DNA of 64,000 nt from Anaerolineae bacterium (GTDB taxonomy: Bacteria > Chloroflexota > Anaerolineae > B4-G1 > SLSP01), in the NCBI GenBank assembly GCA_035347995.1, contig DAOPQD010000005.1, positions 6,433 through 70,432 on the forward strand, in the 5' to 3' direction. Below the pieces are notes generated by a model. It worked only from the letters and a program-made list of their open reading frames with translations. It ran no database searches and was not told the DNA's origin. The number at the start of each line of letters is the position of its first letter. Position 1 is the first letter of the stretch. Of this stretch, positions 55,667-64,000 are shown one piece after another. The position numbers and the translations under genes were made by a program.

Positions 55667-57371
55667 CGCGGATCGCATCAACCTCTACCTGCGAACCTAC
55701 TATTCCCTGCTCCGCACTACCGAGGAGGTGCAAATCCGCACGCTGGAAGAGACGCACACCTCGCTGCACTCCATCCTGCACCAGGGAGCCAGGGAGATGG
55801 CGGTGGATATGTCCGCCTTCATCTACAGCGGCCTGCGCCTCCCTCAATGCATTCGGGACACCCGGTTGATCGTGTTGGGACAGACCGAGGAGGTTTTTCG
55901 GCGCCGCGGCTTCGCCGACTTCAGCTCCTGGACGCCGGTGTCGGCGCCGGGGCGCCGGCGCCGGATGCTCTACGACGGCAAAGAGACCCTCGCCGCCTTC
56001 ATCGCCAGCATCTCCGACGTGGATGACCTCATTCCCATCCTCGTCGCCTTTCAGATCGAATGGAATAAGATTCACCTGCTGATCACGCAGGCGGGATTGC
56101 AGGGGCGTGTGGCCGCCTGGGCGGAAACAAGAGCCGCCGACACCACATTGAACGAAGAGCTGCAGAAGGCGCTGGGCATCACCGCCGAAGAGTGGGAACG
56201 GCTCACGCGCGTCTGGGGCGCCGACCTGCCAGGATTCCTGGCGGACATCGCCGCACGCCGCAAACGGATGGCCGTGCGGCTTCTCGCCGGTTCGTATGTG
56301 GATTACCGACGCGCGACGCAGCGATGGTGGTGGCACGTGAGCGACAACGCTCCCATTGACCTGCAAGACCGGGACGTCTACTTCGTCTCCAGCAACACGC
56401 ACAGCCTGACCAACATGCTCACCGGTTTCGCCCAACGGCACGAGCAGCTGCTCATGGATTACATCGCCCATTGCGGCGACGTCGAGCTGCAGACAGAGGC
56501 GCACCACATCCAGCAGGGGGTCGTCCGCAGCAATTGGGCGAATTTCCTCTACTACGTGCTCAAGAAGTACCTGGCGACCCCAGAGGGCGCGGCCTTGTCG
56601 CAGGAACGCAAAGAATATGAAGCGGCTCACGGCGTCACCCGCATCCCCAGCAGCCAGACCTTCGACCTCGAGGCGCAGGTGATTGAGCTGGCGCGCCTCG
56701 ACCCGCAAGTGGTAGATCGGCGACTGCGGGATTTGCCGCTGGAACGCCTGGCGGACAGCAAATCCGTCATCCTCAACATTGATTATCCGTTGGGATTTGC
56801 CGCCTATCATTTGCTCTCGCGCATCGTGGCGAACGTGGGCGACCTGCGCGGCCTCTACGTCATCGGCAAAGCCGCCACGCTCAACGCGCGCATCGGCGAT
56901 GTGTTGATCCCCAACGTGGTCTATGACGAGCATTCGCACAATACCTATCTTTTCAACAATGTTTTCACGGCCACGGATGTGGCGTGCTATGCCGTCTACG
57001 GGGACGTGCTCGACAATCAACGCGCGCTGACGGTGTGGGGGACTTTCCTGCAGACCGAAGCCTACATGAAGGGCTTCCTCGACGCCGGCTACACCGACGC
57101 AGAAATGGAAGCCGGGCCCTATCTCTCGGCGGTCTACGAATTCATCCGCCCGCGCCGCTATCCTACCGATGAAGTGGTCAATCTGTACCGCACGCCCTTC
57201 GAGATCGGCATCCTGCACTACGCCTCGGACACGCCCATCAGCAAGGGACAGAACCTGGGCGCGCAGAATCTCTCGTACTACGGCATGGATCCGACGTATG
57301 CGGCGACGGTGGCCGTGCTGCGCCGCATCTTCACTCTGGAAACGGCGGACTTGCCCCGAGCCGACAAATAA
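55641..57371 (+). CDS. hypothetical 576-aa protein with a C-terminal nucleoside-phosphorylase-like (PNP_UDP_1-like) region
   Basis: NIDYPLGFAAYHLLSRIVANVGDLRGLYVIGKAATLNARIGDVLIP resembles the phosphorylase-superfamily core. N-terminal ~380 aa not recognised. 26-nt overlap with the upstream gene. Confidence 0.55.
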   Translation: MKRTVPTVDADRINLYLRTYYSLLRTTEEVQIRTLEETHTSLHSILHQGAREMAVDMSAFIYSGLRLPQCIRDTRLIVLGQTEEVFRRRGFADFSSWTPVSAPGRRRRMLYDGKETLAAFIASISDVDDLIPILVAFQIEWNKIHLLITQAGLQGRVAAWAETRAADTTLNEELQKALGITAEEWERLTRVWGADLPGFLADIAARRKRMAVRLLAGSYVDYRRATQRWWWHVSDNAPIDLQDRDVYFVSSNTHSLTNMLTGFAQRHEQLLMDYIAHCGDVELQTEAHHIQQGVVRSNWANFLYYVLKKYLATPEGAALSQERKEYEAAHGVTRIPSSQTFDLEAQVIELARLDPQVVDRRLRDLPLERLADSKSVILNIDYPLGFAAYHLLSRIVANVGDLRGLYVIGKAATLNARIGDVLIPNVVYDEHSHNTYLFNNVFTATDVACYAVYGDVLDNQRALTVWGTFLQTEAYMKGFLDAGYTDAEMEAGPYLSAVYEFIRPRRYPTDEVVNLYRTPFEIGILHYASDTPISKGQNLGAQNLSYYGMDPTYAATVAVLRRIFTLETADLPRADK

Positions 57372-57401
57372 TCTACCGGGTGACTTACACAGGAGTACGC
57401 G

Positions 57402-59648
57402 ATGAAAAAAACTTACGTTGGTGAAGCGCATCCCCGCATTGACGGCCTCGCCAAGGTCACGGGGCAGGCACCCTATTCCGGCGATTTCAACATGGAGGGC
57501 CAGCTGCACATGAAACTGCGCTTCGCCGGCCGCCCGCACGCGCGGGTGCTCGGCGTGGACGCCAGCAAGGCCCTGGCTGTGCCCGGCGTTGTCGCGGTCT
57601 TCACCTCACGGGATGTGCCCGTGAACGAATACGGCCTGCAATATCCCGATCAACCGGTGCTGTGCGGCCCTGGCGATCCCAAAGAGGGCACCGATATCGC
57701 TCGTTTTGTGGGCGATCAAATCGCGGCGGTGGTCGCGGAGACCGAAGAAGCCGCGGCCAGGGGACGCGATCTCCTCGAGGTGGACTTCGAGGAGTTGCCG
57801 GCCGTGACCGATCCGCGCGCCGCGCTGGAACCGGGTGCGCCCATCCTGCACCCCGCCTACCCCGGCACCCCCATCCACCCGGAGCTGATCTTCGAGGGCA
57901 ACCTCGCCTCGCGGCATCGCATCCGGCGGGGCGATGTAGACGCCGCCTGGGATCAGGCCGCTGTCATCGTCGAATCGGACTACGAGATTCCGGGGCAGGA
58001 GCACGCCTTCCTGCAGCCTGAAGCGGCGCTCGCTTACATAGATGAAGCGGGGCGCGTGACTATCATCGCCAGCACGCAATGGATTCACGAGGACCGCCGT
58101 CAGATCGCGCACGCGCTGGGGCTGCCCGAAGAGCAGGTGCGGATCATTCTGCCTGCCATTGGCGGCGCTTTTGGGGGCAAAGAAGACCTCTCCGTGCAGA
58201 TCGTCGCCGCGCTGGCCGCGATGAAATTGCAACGTCCCGTCAAAATCGTGTGGACGCGGCGCGAGTCCATCATCGGACATCACAAACGCCATCATGTCTT
58301 TGCCCGCGCGCGCTGGGCGGCGGATGCCGAAGGGCGACTTCTGGCCGCCGAGACCCAGGTCGTCGCCGACGCCGGCGCTTACGTGTACACCACCAACAAG
58401 GTCCTGGGCAATCTGTTGCTCACCGTCAACGGCGCCTACCGCATCCCGAACGTCAAGACCGAGGTGCTGGGAATCTACACCAACAACGTGCCGGGCGGCG
58501 CTTTCCGGGGCTTCGGCGCGCCGCAGGGCAATTTCATCGCCGAATCGCAGATGAACAAACTGGCCGAGGCTCTGGGACTCGATCCGGTGGAAATCCGCCT
58601 GCGCAATCTCGTCCATGACGGCGACCCGATGCCGTGGGGCAAACCGCTCCCCGATGACGGGCGCGGGCTGGAGGAAAGCCTCCTCGCGGCGGCGCGAGCG
58701 CTGGGCTGGGAACAAACGCCGCAGGGCTGGCGCGCTCCCCGGGTCGAGCCGCGCCCCGGCGATCCACCCACCCGGCGGCGGGGGGTGGGGATCGCCCTGG
58801 CGTTCAAAAACGTGGGGTTTTCCTTCGGCTATCAGGAAAATGCCTGGGCCGCCATCGAATTGCGCGGCGATGCCGAGATCGAAAGCGCGACCGTCTTCGC
58901 CGCCAGCGCCGATGTGGGACAGGGAACGCGCACGGTGATCCGACAGATGGCAGCGGAGGCGTTGGGAGTTCCCATCGAGCGTGTCGAGGTGGCCGCCGCC
59001 GATAGCGCGATCACCCAAAGCTCCGGCTCCTGCTCCGCCTCGCGGATGACGTTTATGATCGGCAATGCAGTCCGGGGGGCGGCGGCCGCGGCGCTGGAGA
59101 AATGGCGCGCGGAGGAACGTCCCGCCAGGGCTGAAGTCACCTATCTCGCGCCGCAGACTACGCCCATTGATCCGCTGACCGGCTACGGACATCCCAATTT
59201 CTCGTATGGCTACGTCGCTCTCGGCGTGGACCTCAGCATTGACACGGAGACGGGGGAGCTGCACGTGGCCAAAGTCGCCTGCGCCAACGATGTCGGACAG
59301 GCGATCAATCCCCGGCTGGTGCAAGGGCAAATCGAGGGCGGGGTCATCCAGGCGCTGGGCTGGACCACCACGGAGCACTTCATCGAGAAAGACGGCCGGC
59401 CGCTCACCGATTCGCTCAGCACGTATCTGATTCCCACCATCGCCGATATTCCCGATCAGCTAGAGACGCTCATCCTCGAGAATCCAGAACCCAACGGTCC
59501 GTGGGGCGCTCGCGGCATGGGGGAGATGCCCTTCATCCCAATGGCAGCGGCCATGCATCAGGCAGTGCATGAGGCGACGGGCGTCTGGTACAACCGCTTC
59601 CCCTTCAACGCCGAGCGGATTTTGCGCGGAATTAAGGGGATCTATTGA
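57402..59648 (+). CDS. xanthine-dehydrogenase-family molybdopterin-binding large subunit
   Basis: 748 aa. GEAHPRIDGLAKVTGQAPY, GGAFGGKE, GFGAPQ, GEMP. CoxL/XdhB-like throughout. Confidence 0.9.
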   Translation: MKKTYVGEAHPRIDGLAKVTGQAPYSGDFNMEGQLHMKLRFAGRPHARVLGVDASKALAVPGVVAVFTSRDVPVNEYGLQYPDQPVLCGPGDPKEGTDIARFVGDQIAAVVAETEEAAARGRDLLEVDFEELPAVTDPRAALEPGAPILHPAYPGTPIHPELIFEGNLASRHRIRRGDVDAAWDQAAVIVESDYEIPGQEHAFLQPEAALAYIDEAGRVTIIASTQWIHEDRRQIAHALGLPEEQVRIILPAIGGAFGGKEDLSVQIVAALAAMKLQRPVKIVWTRRESIIGHHKRHHVFARARWAADAEGRLLAAETQVVADAGAYVYTTNKVLGNLLLTVNGAYRIPNVKTEVLGIYTNNVPGGAFRGFGAPQGNFIAESQMNKLAEALGLDPVEIRLRNLVHDGDPMPWGKPLPDDGRGLEESLLAAARALGWEQTPQGWRAPRVEPRPGDPPTRRRGVGIALAFKNVGFSFGYQENAWAAIELRGDAEIESATVFAASADVGQGTRTVIRQMAAEALGVPIERVEVAAADSAITQSSGSCSASRMTFMIGNAVRGAAAAALEKWRAEERPARAEVTYLAPQTTPIDPLTGYGHPNFSYGYVALGVDLSIDTETGELHVAKVACANDVGQAINPRLVQGQIEGGVIQALGWTTTEHFIEKDGRPLTDSLSTYLIPTIADIPDQLETLILENPEPNGPWGARGMGEMPFIPMAAAMHQAVHEATGVWYNRFPFNAERILRGIKGIY

Positions 59649-59668
59649 ACATTAAAGGGGAATGAAAA

Positions 59669-61078
59669 ATGTATCTCAAAAAAATCCGATTAAAAAACAT
59701 CAAATGTTTCTCGGATATCACCCTGGATTTTTCACCGGAGGGACAGCCGCGGCTTTGGACTGTGATTCTCGGACAGAACGGATTAGGCAAAAGCACCTTG
59801 CTTCAAGCTATTGGCATTGTATTGGCCGGCCCCATAGCTATACGTGAATTGCTCCCTGTAGCCGAAGGATGGGTGAAACGCGACTGCCCCTATGGAGAGA
59901 TTGAAGCCGAGCTTTTGTGGACCGAAGGCGATGCACAAATTCCAAAATGGCCCAAAAAAACGCCCTACACTGTAAAATACGCCATAGTTGGTGAAGATAT
60001 AGACAATGGAAGCCTGCCTTCTAATCTGGCGTCACAATATACTGGCGTTCCAATTGTGACAGAATGGGCGGGGGACGGCATTTCTAAAAAACAGGAAAAT
60101 ATTTCTAAGGATTTGAATCGCCTGAGACAGACAGCCTACGCGGAGGGAAAGACCGGCTGGCTGGGGTGCGGATATGGACCTTTCAGGCGTTTGAGTGGCG
60201 GAGCACAGAATGCAGATAGAATTTTGTATTCTGGTAGAAAATCTGCCCGCTTCATCACCTTATTCAGAGAAGACGCAGCCCTCACAAATGCCACCGAGTG
60301 GCTAATCTCACTCTACAACACCGGGCGAGATGGAAATGAATTAAGCCAGCGGACCTTGAGACAGGTAAAACGAATTTTCGAAGCCGAATTCTTACCTCGC
60401 CCTGCAGAATTGTTAGTAAATGCTCAATCAGCGCTTCTAAGGATTGAGGGACATAATCCGGTTCCTTTTCGAGACTTGAGTGATGGATATCGAAGTATGC
60501 TGGCGATGGGGATTGACCTGCTAAGATGGGTTAGCGTAGCTTTTCCAGAAAAAGAAGATCTCATGGAGGTCGCTGGGGTAGTGGTCATTGATGAACTCGA
60601 TGCCCATGCCCATCCCGCATGGCAACGTGAGATCGGCCATTGGCTACGACGAAAATTTCCAAAATTACAATTTATCATTGCAACCCATAGTCCTTTTTTG
60701 GCACAAGTCGCAGATGAACCCGGCGGGAATATTGTTTTAGTCCAGACCGAAGCAGGGGTACAAAAACGCGATGATGTGGAACTGGTTGAAGCCTGGCGAG
60801 CAGACCAAATTCTTACAGATCTTATGGAATTAAACTCTACTCGCTCACCAGAAGTGGATCGAAAAATCCATAAACTCAATGAATTAAGTCAAAAACGGGA
60901 AGCATTAGAGCAAAAACAGGAAAGGCTCCCCCCAGCACAAGAGGATGAATACCAACAACTCAGACTATGGGTTGAACAACTCCCGCCAGCCATTGAGGAT
61001 CCATGGCAACGGCGGCAGGCAGAAAGGGTTCAACAAGAAATCGCCCAAGCGCTTCCACAACTAGAGGAGCTTGAATGA
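59669..61078 (+). CDS. ptuA: Septu-type PtuA-like ABC/AAA ATPase
   Basis: 469 aa. IRLKNIKCF, Walker A GQNGLGKST, Walker B VVVIDELDAHAHP, H-loop ATHSP. AT-rich. Confidence 0.75.
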   Translation: MYLKKIRLKNIKCFSDITLDFSPEGQPRLWTVILGQNGLGKSTLLQAIGIVLAGPIAIRELLPVAEGWVKRDCPYGEIEAELLWTEGDAQIPKWPKKTPYTVKYAIVGEDIDNGSLPSNLASQYTGVPIVTEWAGDGISKKQENISKDLNRLRQTAYAEGKTGWLGCGYGPFRRLSGGAQNADRILYSGRKSARFITLFREDAALTNATEWLISLYNTGRDGNELSQRTLRQVKRIFEAEFLPRPAELLVNAQSALLRIEGHNPVPFRDLSDGYRSMLAMGIDLLRWVSVAFPEKEDLMEVAGVVVIDELDAHAHPAWQREIGHWLRRKFPKLQFIIATHSPFLAQVADEPGGNIVLVQTEAGVQKRDDVELVEAWRADQILTDLMELNSTRSPEVDRKIHKLNELSQKREALEQKQERLPPAQEDEYQQLRLWVEQLPPAIEDPWQRRQAERVQQEIAQALPQLEELE

Positions 61079-61830
61079 TAAAAGTTCGCCGTGGGCCACA
61101 ACCGGAAGGATTTCATGAACGAGCGATTAGCTGGCAAACTCGCTTTGAGCAAGAGCGAGAAAGTAATCCTTCGCTTACCATCACAAGATTCTGGGACAGA
61201 ATCCGAAATGAAATCCGCGCAGATGCAGAGCACCTATATCATGTTTCGCATGGGAAATGTGCTTTCTGTGAAAGTTACATGGCTGATGTATCTACCCCAC
61301 ACATAGAACACTATCGCCCCAAGAGCAAATTTCCGGAGCTGGCATTCGTTTGGGACAACTGGTTACTGTCATGCCAATGCTGCAATGGCAAAAAATGGGG
61401 ACACTTTCCAATATGTGAAGATCTGCCATGTTTGATAGATCCTGGAAATGAAGATCCAGAAATGCACATAACCTTCGAAGGATACACTCCAATCTCAAAA
61501 ACACCGCGTGGCGAAAAAACGATTGAATTGCTCGGGTTAAGACGAAGTCCCCTGGAAGACGAACGTAGCCGATGGTTAAACTATGTCAGCATATTATTGC
61601 TGAGCTGGTGTAATACTAAAGATTCAATGCTAAAAGACGAAATACGCGAGCTGCTTATCTGGGCCATGCAAGATGAGGCGCCATACGCCGCAATGACACG
61701 CTGCTTCTTGCAAAAGTATGCCCCGCGATTGGCTTCAAAAGCACATCCCCCTGTAACCTGCCCCAGGCCCTTGATGCGTATTCAAGAGCTAGTTGAACAA
61801 TGGAGTCATGAATTCGTTGGACTCGAGTGA
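61075..61830 (+). CDS. ptuB: Septu-type PtuB-like HNH endonuclease
   Basis: 251 aa. CAFCE..HIEHYRPKS..NWLLSCQCCN (HNH with two CxxC knuckles). ATGA overlap with the ATPase gene. Confidence 0.75.
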   Translation: MIKVRRGPQPEGFHERAISWQTRFEQERESNPSLTITRFWDRIRNEIRADAEHLYHVSHGKCAFCESYMADVSTPHIEHYRPKSKFPELAFVWDNWLLSCQCCNGKKWGHFPICEDLPCLIDPGNEDPEMHITFEGYTPISKTPRGEKTIELLGLRRSPLEDERSRWLNYVSILLLSWCNTKDSMLKDEIRELLIWAMQDEAPYAAMTRCFLQKYAPRLASKAHPPVTCPRPLMRIQELVEQWSHEFVGLE

Positions 61831-62437
61831 GAAGAGCCTCCGTTTCGGAGTCTTGGGCGGGAGCTTTGATCCGCCGCATTACGGCCATCTGGCGCTGGCG
61901 GAGACCGCGCGGGTGCAGCTGCAACTGGCGCGCGTGCTGTTCGTCCCAGCGGGAGAGCCGCCTCACAAAACGGACGTGGATTTGAGCCCGATTGCGAAAC
62001 GGGTCGCGCTCGTCCAGGCCGCCATCGCCGACAACGGCTCCTTCGCCCTCTCCCGCGTGGATGTGGATCGCGCCGGCCCCCATTACACGGTGGACATGCT
62101 GCGCCTGCTGCGCACGGAATTCCCGCAGGTGACCGACTGGTTTCTGCTGCTCGGCGAGGATTCGCTCCACGATTTTCTGAGCTGGCGCGCGCCAGAGGAA
62201 ATCCTCGAGCTGGCAGAACTCGCGGTGATGCGGCGCCCCGAAAAGCCCGCGCCGCTTGAGACATTGCAGGAACGCCTTCCCACGCTGGAGCGGCGGCTCA
62301 CCTGGTTGGATGTGCCACCGCTCCACCTCAGCGCCACCGAACTACGGCGCCGCGTCCGCGAGGGGTTGCCCCTGCGTTACCTGGTCCCGTTGCCGGTAGA
62401 GGTACTGATCCGCAAACACCAGCTCTACACGGGCTGA
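61808..62437 (+). CDS. nadD: nicotinate-nucleotide adenylyltransferase
   Basis: FGVLGGSFDPPHYGHL and SATELR. ATG at 61808 overlaps the ptuB-like 3' end by 23 nt; TTG alternatives lie at 61793 and 61817. Confidence 0.9.
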   Translation: MNSLDSSEKSLRFGVLGGSFDPPHYGHLALAETARVQLQLARVLFVPAGEPPHKTDVDLSPIAKRVALVQAAIADNGSFALSRVDVDRAGPHYTVDMLRLLRTEFPQVTDWFLLLGEDSLHDFLSWRAPEEILELAELAVMRRPEKPAPLETLQERLPTLERRLTWLDVPPLHLSATELRRRVREGLPLRYLVPLPVEVLIRKHQLYTG

Positions 62438-64000
62438 TCCGCCAGCTCTAACGCGCCGTTCGCCGGCATTGCCAGTGGCTCCATCTGCAGCTGCACCAGA
62501 TTGAGGTGCCGATACAGCCCCTCTTGCGCGATCAGTTCCCGATGCGTCCCCATCTGCACGATGGTGTTGCCCTCCAGCACCACGATCTTGTCGGCGTTGC
62601 GCACCGTCGAGAGGCGATGCGCGATGATCAACGTCGTGCGCCCCACCATCAACCGCTCCAGCGCCTGCTGAATCAGCAGCTCCGTTTCGGTGTCCACCGA
62701 TGAAGTCGCCTCGTCCAAAATGAGGATGGGCGCATTTTTGAGCACGGCTCGCGCGATCGCCAGGCGCTGCTTCTGCCCGCCGGAAAGTTTCACCCCACGT
62801 TCGCCGATGAGGGTGTCGTAGCCATTGGGCAGCCGCCTGATGAAATCATGCGCATTGGCGACCTGCGCGGCGCGGAGAACTTCTTCCTCCGTGGCGTCCG
62901 GCTTCCCGAAAAGGATGTTTTCTCGCGCCGTGCCGTGGAAGAGAAACACGTCCTGCAACACAATGCTGATCTGCCGGCGCAGATACTCGAGCTTGAGCGC
63001 CCGCAGGTCGTAGCCATCGAGGGTGATGCTTCCCTCGCAGACGTCGTAGAAGCGAGGGATGAGGCTTGCCAGGGTGGTTTTGCCCACGCCCGTCGGTCCC
63101 ACCAACGCCACCACACCGTGCGCGGGAATCTCCAGGTTGATGTGTTCCAACACCGGTTCGCCCTCGTTGTACCAGAAACTCACATCGTGGAAAGCGATCG
63201 CGCCCTGGATCGGGGTCGGCAGCTCCCTCGCGTCCGGCGCTTCCACGACCGTCGGCTGCTCGTTGAGCAACTCCGAGACGCGCTCGGCGCCGGCGAGCGC
63301 TTCCTGCACCCCTTCCCATGCATCCGCCAGAACGCGGATGGGCTGATAAAACAGGTCGAGGTAAAGGTAAAAGGCGACCCAATCCTCCAGCGGCAAGACT
63401 TGCTGCAGCACCAATCGCCCGCCGAAGTAGATCATCAAAATCACGCCCAGGGAGGAGGTGAACTCCACGAAGGGGTGGAAGGTCGCCATGAGCCGCAGCG
63501 CACGCAACAGGGCGTCCCGGTACCGGGCGATGTGTTCCCCCACGTGTCCCGCCTCCAGCTCCTCACGCGTGAAGGCCTTGATCTCCCGAATGCCGGCGAT
63601 GTTGTCGTTGAGCGTGGCGTTGAGCTCGCCCAGCTCCTTCTGTCGCACCACGAATGCGGGACGAACGTAGCGGGCGAAACTGCGCATCGAGAGGATAATG
63701 AAAGGCACCGGGATCAGGCTGAGCAGCATCAACTGCCAGTTGATGGTGACGAGGACCGCCGTCACGCCGATCAAAGTGAGCGCATTGACGGTAATATCGG
63801 GGATAGCATGCGCGATGAGGCGCTCGAACATGTCCGAATCGTTCACCACGCGCGACATCAGTTGCCCGGTCTGTTTGTCCTCATAGAAGCGCAGCGACAG
63901 GCGCTGCAGGTGCACATAAATCTGATGCCGCACGTCCGCGACGACGCCCCATCCCGCGACATGTCCCATGTAGCTCCGCACGAACTGCAATCCGCCGCGG
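62425..64000 (-). CDS. ABC exporter, fused permease/ATPase (MsbA-like), N-terminus beyond the right edge
   Basis: TMD then GPTGVGKTT, LSGGQKQRLAIARA, ILILDEATSSVD. The reading frame is open to nt 64000. Confidence 0.85.
   Translation of the reverse strand, partial: RGGLQFVRSYMGHVAGWGVVADVRHQIYVHLQRLSLRFYEDKQTGQLMSRVVNDSDMFERLIAHAIPDITVNALTLIGVTAVLVTINWQLMLLSLIPVPFIILSMRSFARYVRPAFVVRQKELGELNATLNDNIAGIREIKAFTREELEAGHVGEHIARYRDALLRALRLMATFHPFVEFTSSLGVILMIYFGGRLVLQQVLPLEDWVAFYLYLDLFYQPIRVLADAWEGVQEALAGAERVSELLNEQPTVVEAPDARELPTPIQGAIAFHDVSFWYNEGEPVLEHINLEIPAHGVVALVGPTGVGKTTLASLIPRFYDVCEGSITLDGYDLRALKLEYLRRQISIVLQDVFLFHGTARENILFGKPDATEEEVLRAAQVANAHDFIRRLPNGYDTLIGERGVKLSGGQKQRLAIARAVLKNAPILILDEATSSVDTETELLIQQALERLMVGRTTLIIAHRLSTVRNADKIVVLEGNTIVQMGTHRELIAQEGLYRHLNLVQLQMEPLAMPANGALELADQPV

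Overview
High-GC (about 60-65% by eye) bacterial chromosomal segment, densely coding. I recognised no rRNA, tRNA, CRISPR array, transposase or integrase. The gene content looks Chloroflexota-like: RNase Y, a DUF4388/Ras-like GTPase pair, and a thiolase/HMG-CoA synthase/DUF35 trio with a class II HMG-CoA reductase. That lineage guess is inference only.

Layout:
- 1-13.3 kb (all minus strand): a signalling island followed by recN. It holds a 1457-aa hybrid histidine kinase, two response regulators, an Aar-type reductase, a hexapeptide-repeat protein, a V4R protein, two paralogous alpha/beta hydrolases, a small GTPase and a DUF4388 protein.
- 14-18 kb: the mevalonate-entry operon.
- 19-34 kb: dNTPase-like HD protein, ABC-2 transporter, cupin, a DExH/DUF1998 helicase carrying an HNH insert, MFS transporter, hydrolases, and envelope genes (L,D-transpeptidase, rfbC, FemAB-like).
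- 34-41 kb: PfkB kinase and ahcY, PadR, ppa, ruvB, and a GNAT gene broken by a 138-bp MITE-like insertion.
- 41.4-46 kb: an AT-rich ABC-ATPase plus small PD-(D/E)xK-like gene pair inserted directly after mutS.
- 46-53 kb: LysM protein, pentapeptide protein, 2-hydroxyacid dehydrogenase, recX, rny.
- 53-59.6 kb: GT2 and a xanthine-dehydrogenase-family operon with an embedded phosphorylase-like gene.
- 59.7-61.8 kb: a Septu-like ptuA/ptuB pair inserted just upstream of nadD.
- Right edge: a truncated ABC exporter.

Most notable unexplained signals:
1. The ATPase plus REase-fold pair at 41403-43315, which I cannot assign to a named system.
2. A roughly 75-90-nt structured leader module repeated upstream of the dNTPase-like gene, the PfkB kinase and ahcY.
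3. A two-copy modular hairpin repeat (13.5 kb and 47.9 kb).
4. The HNH-bearing MrfA-like helicase.
5. The Aar/V4R/GTPase signalling island.

All domain calls come from motif reading by eye. No searches were run.
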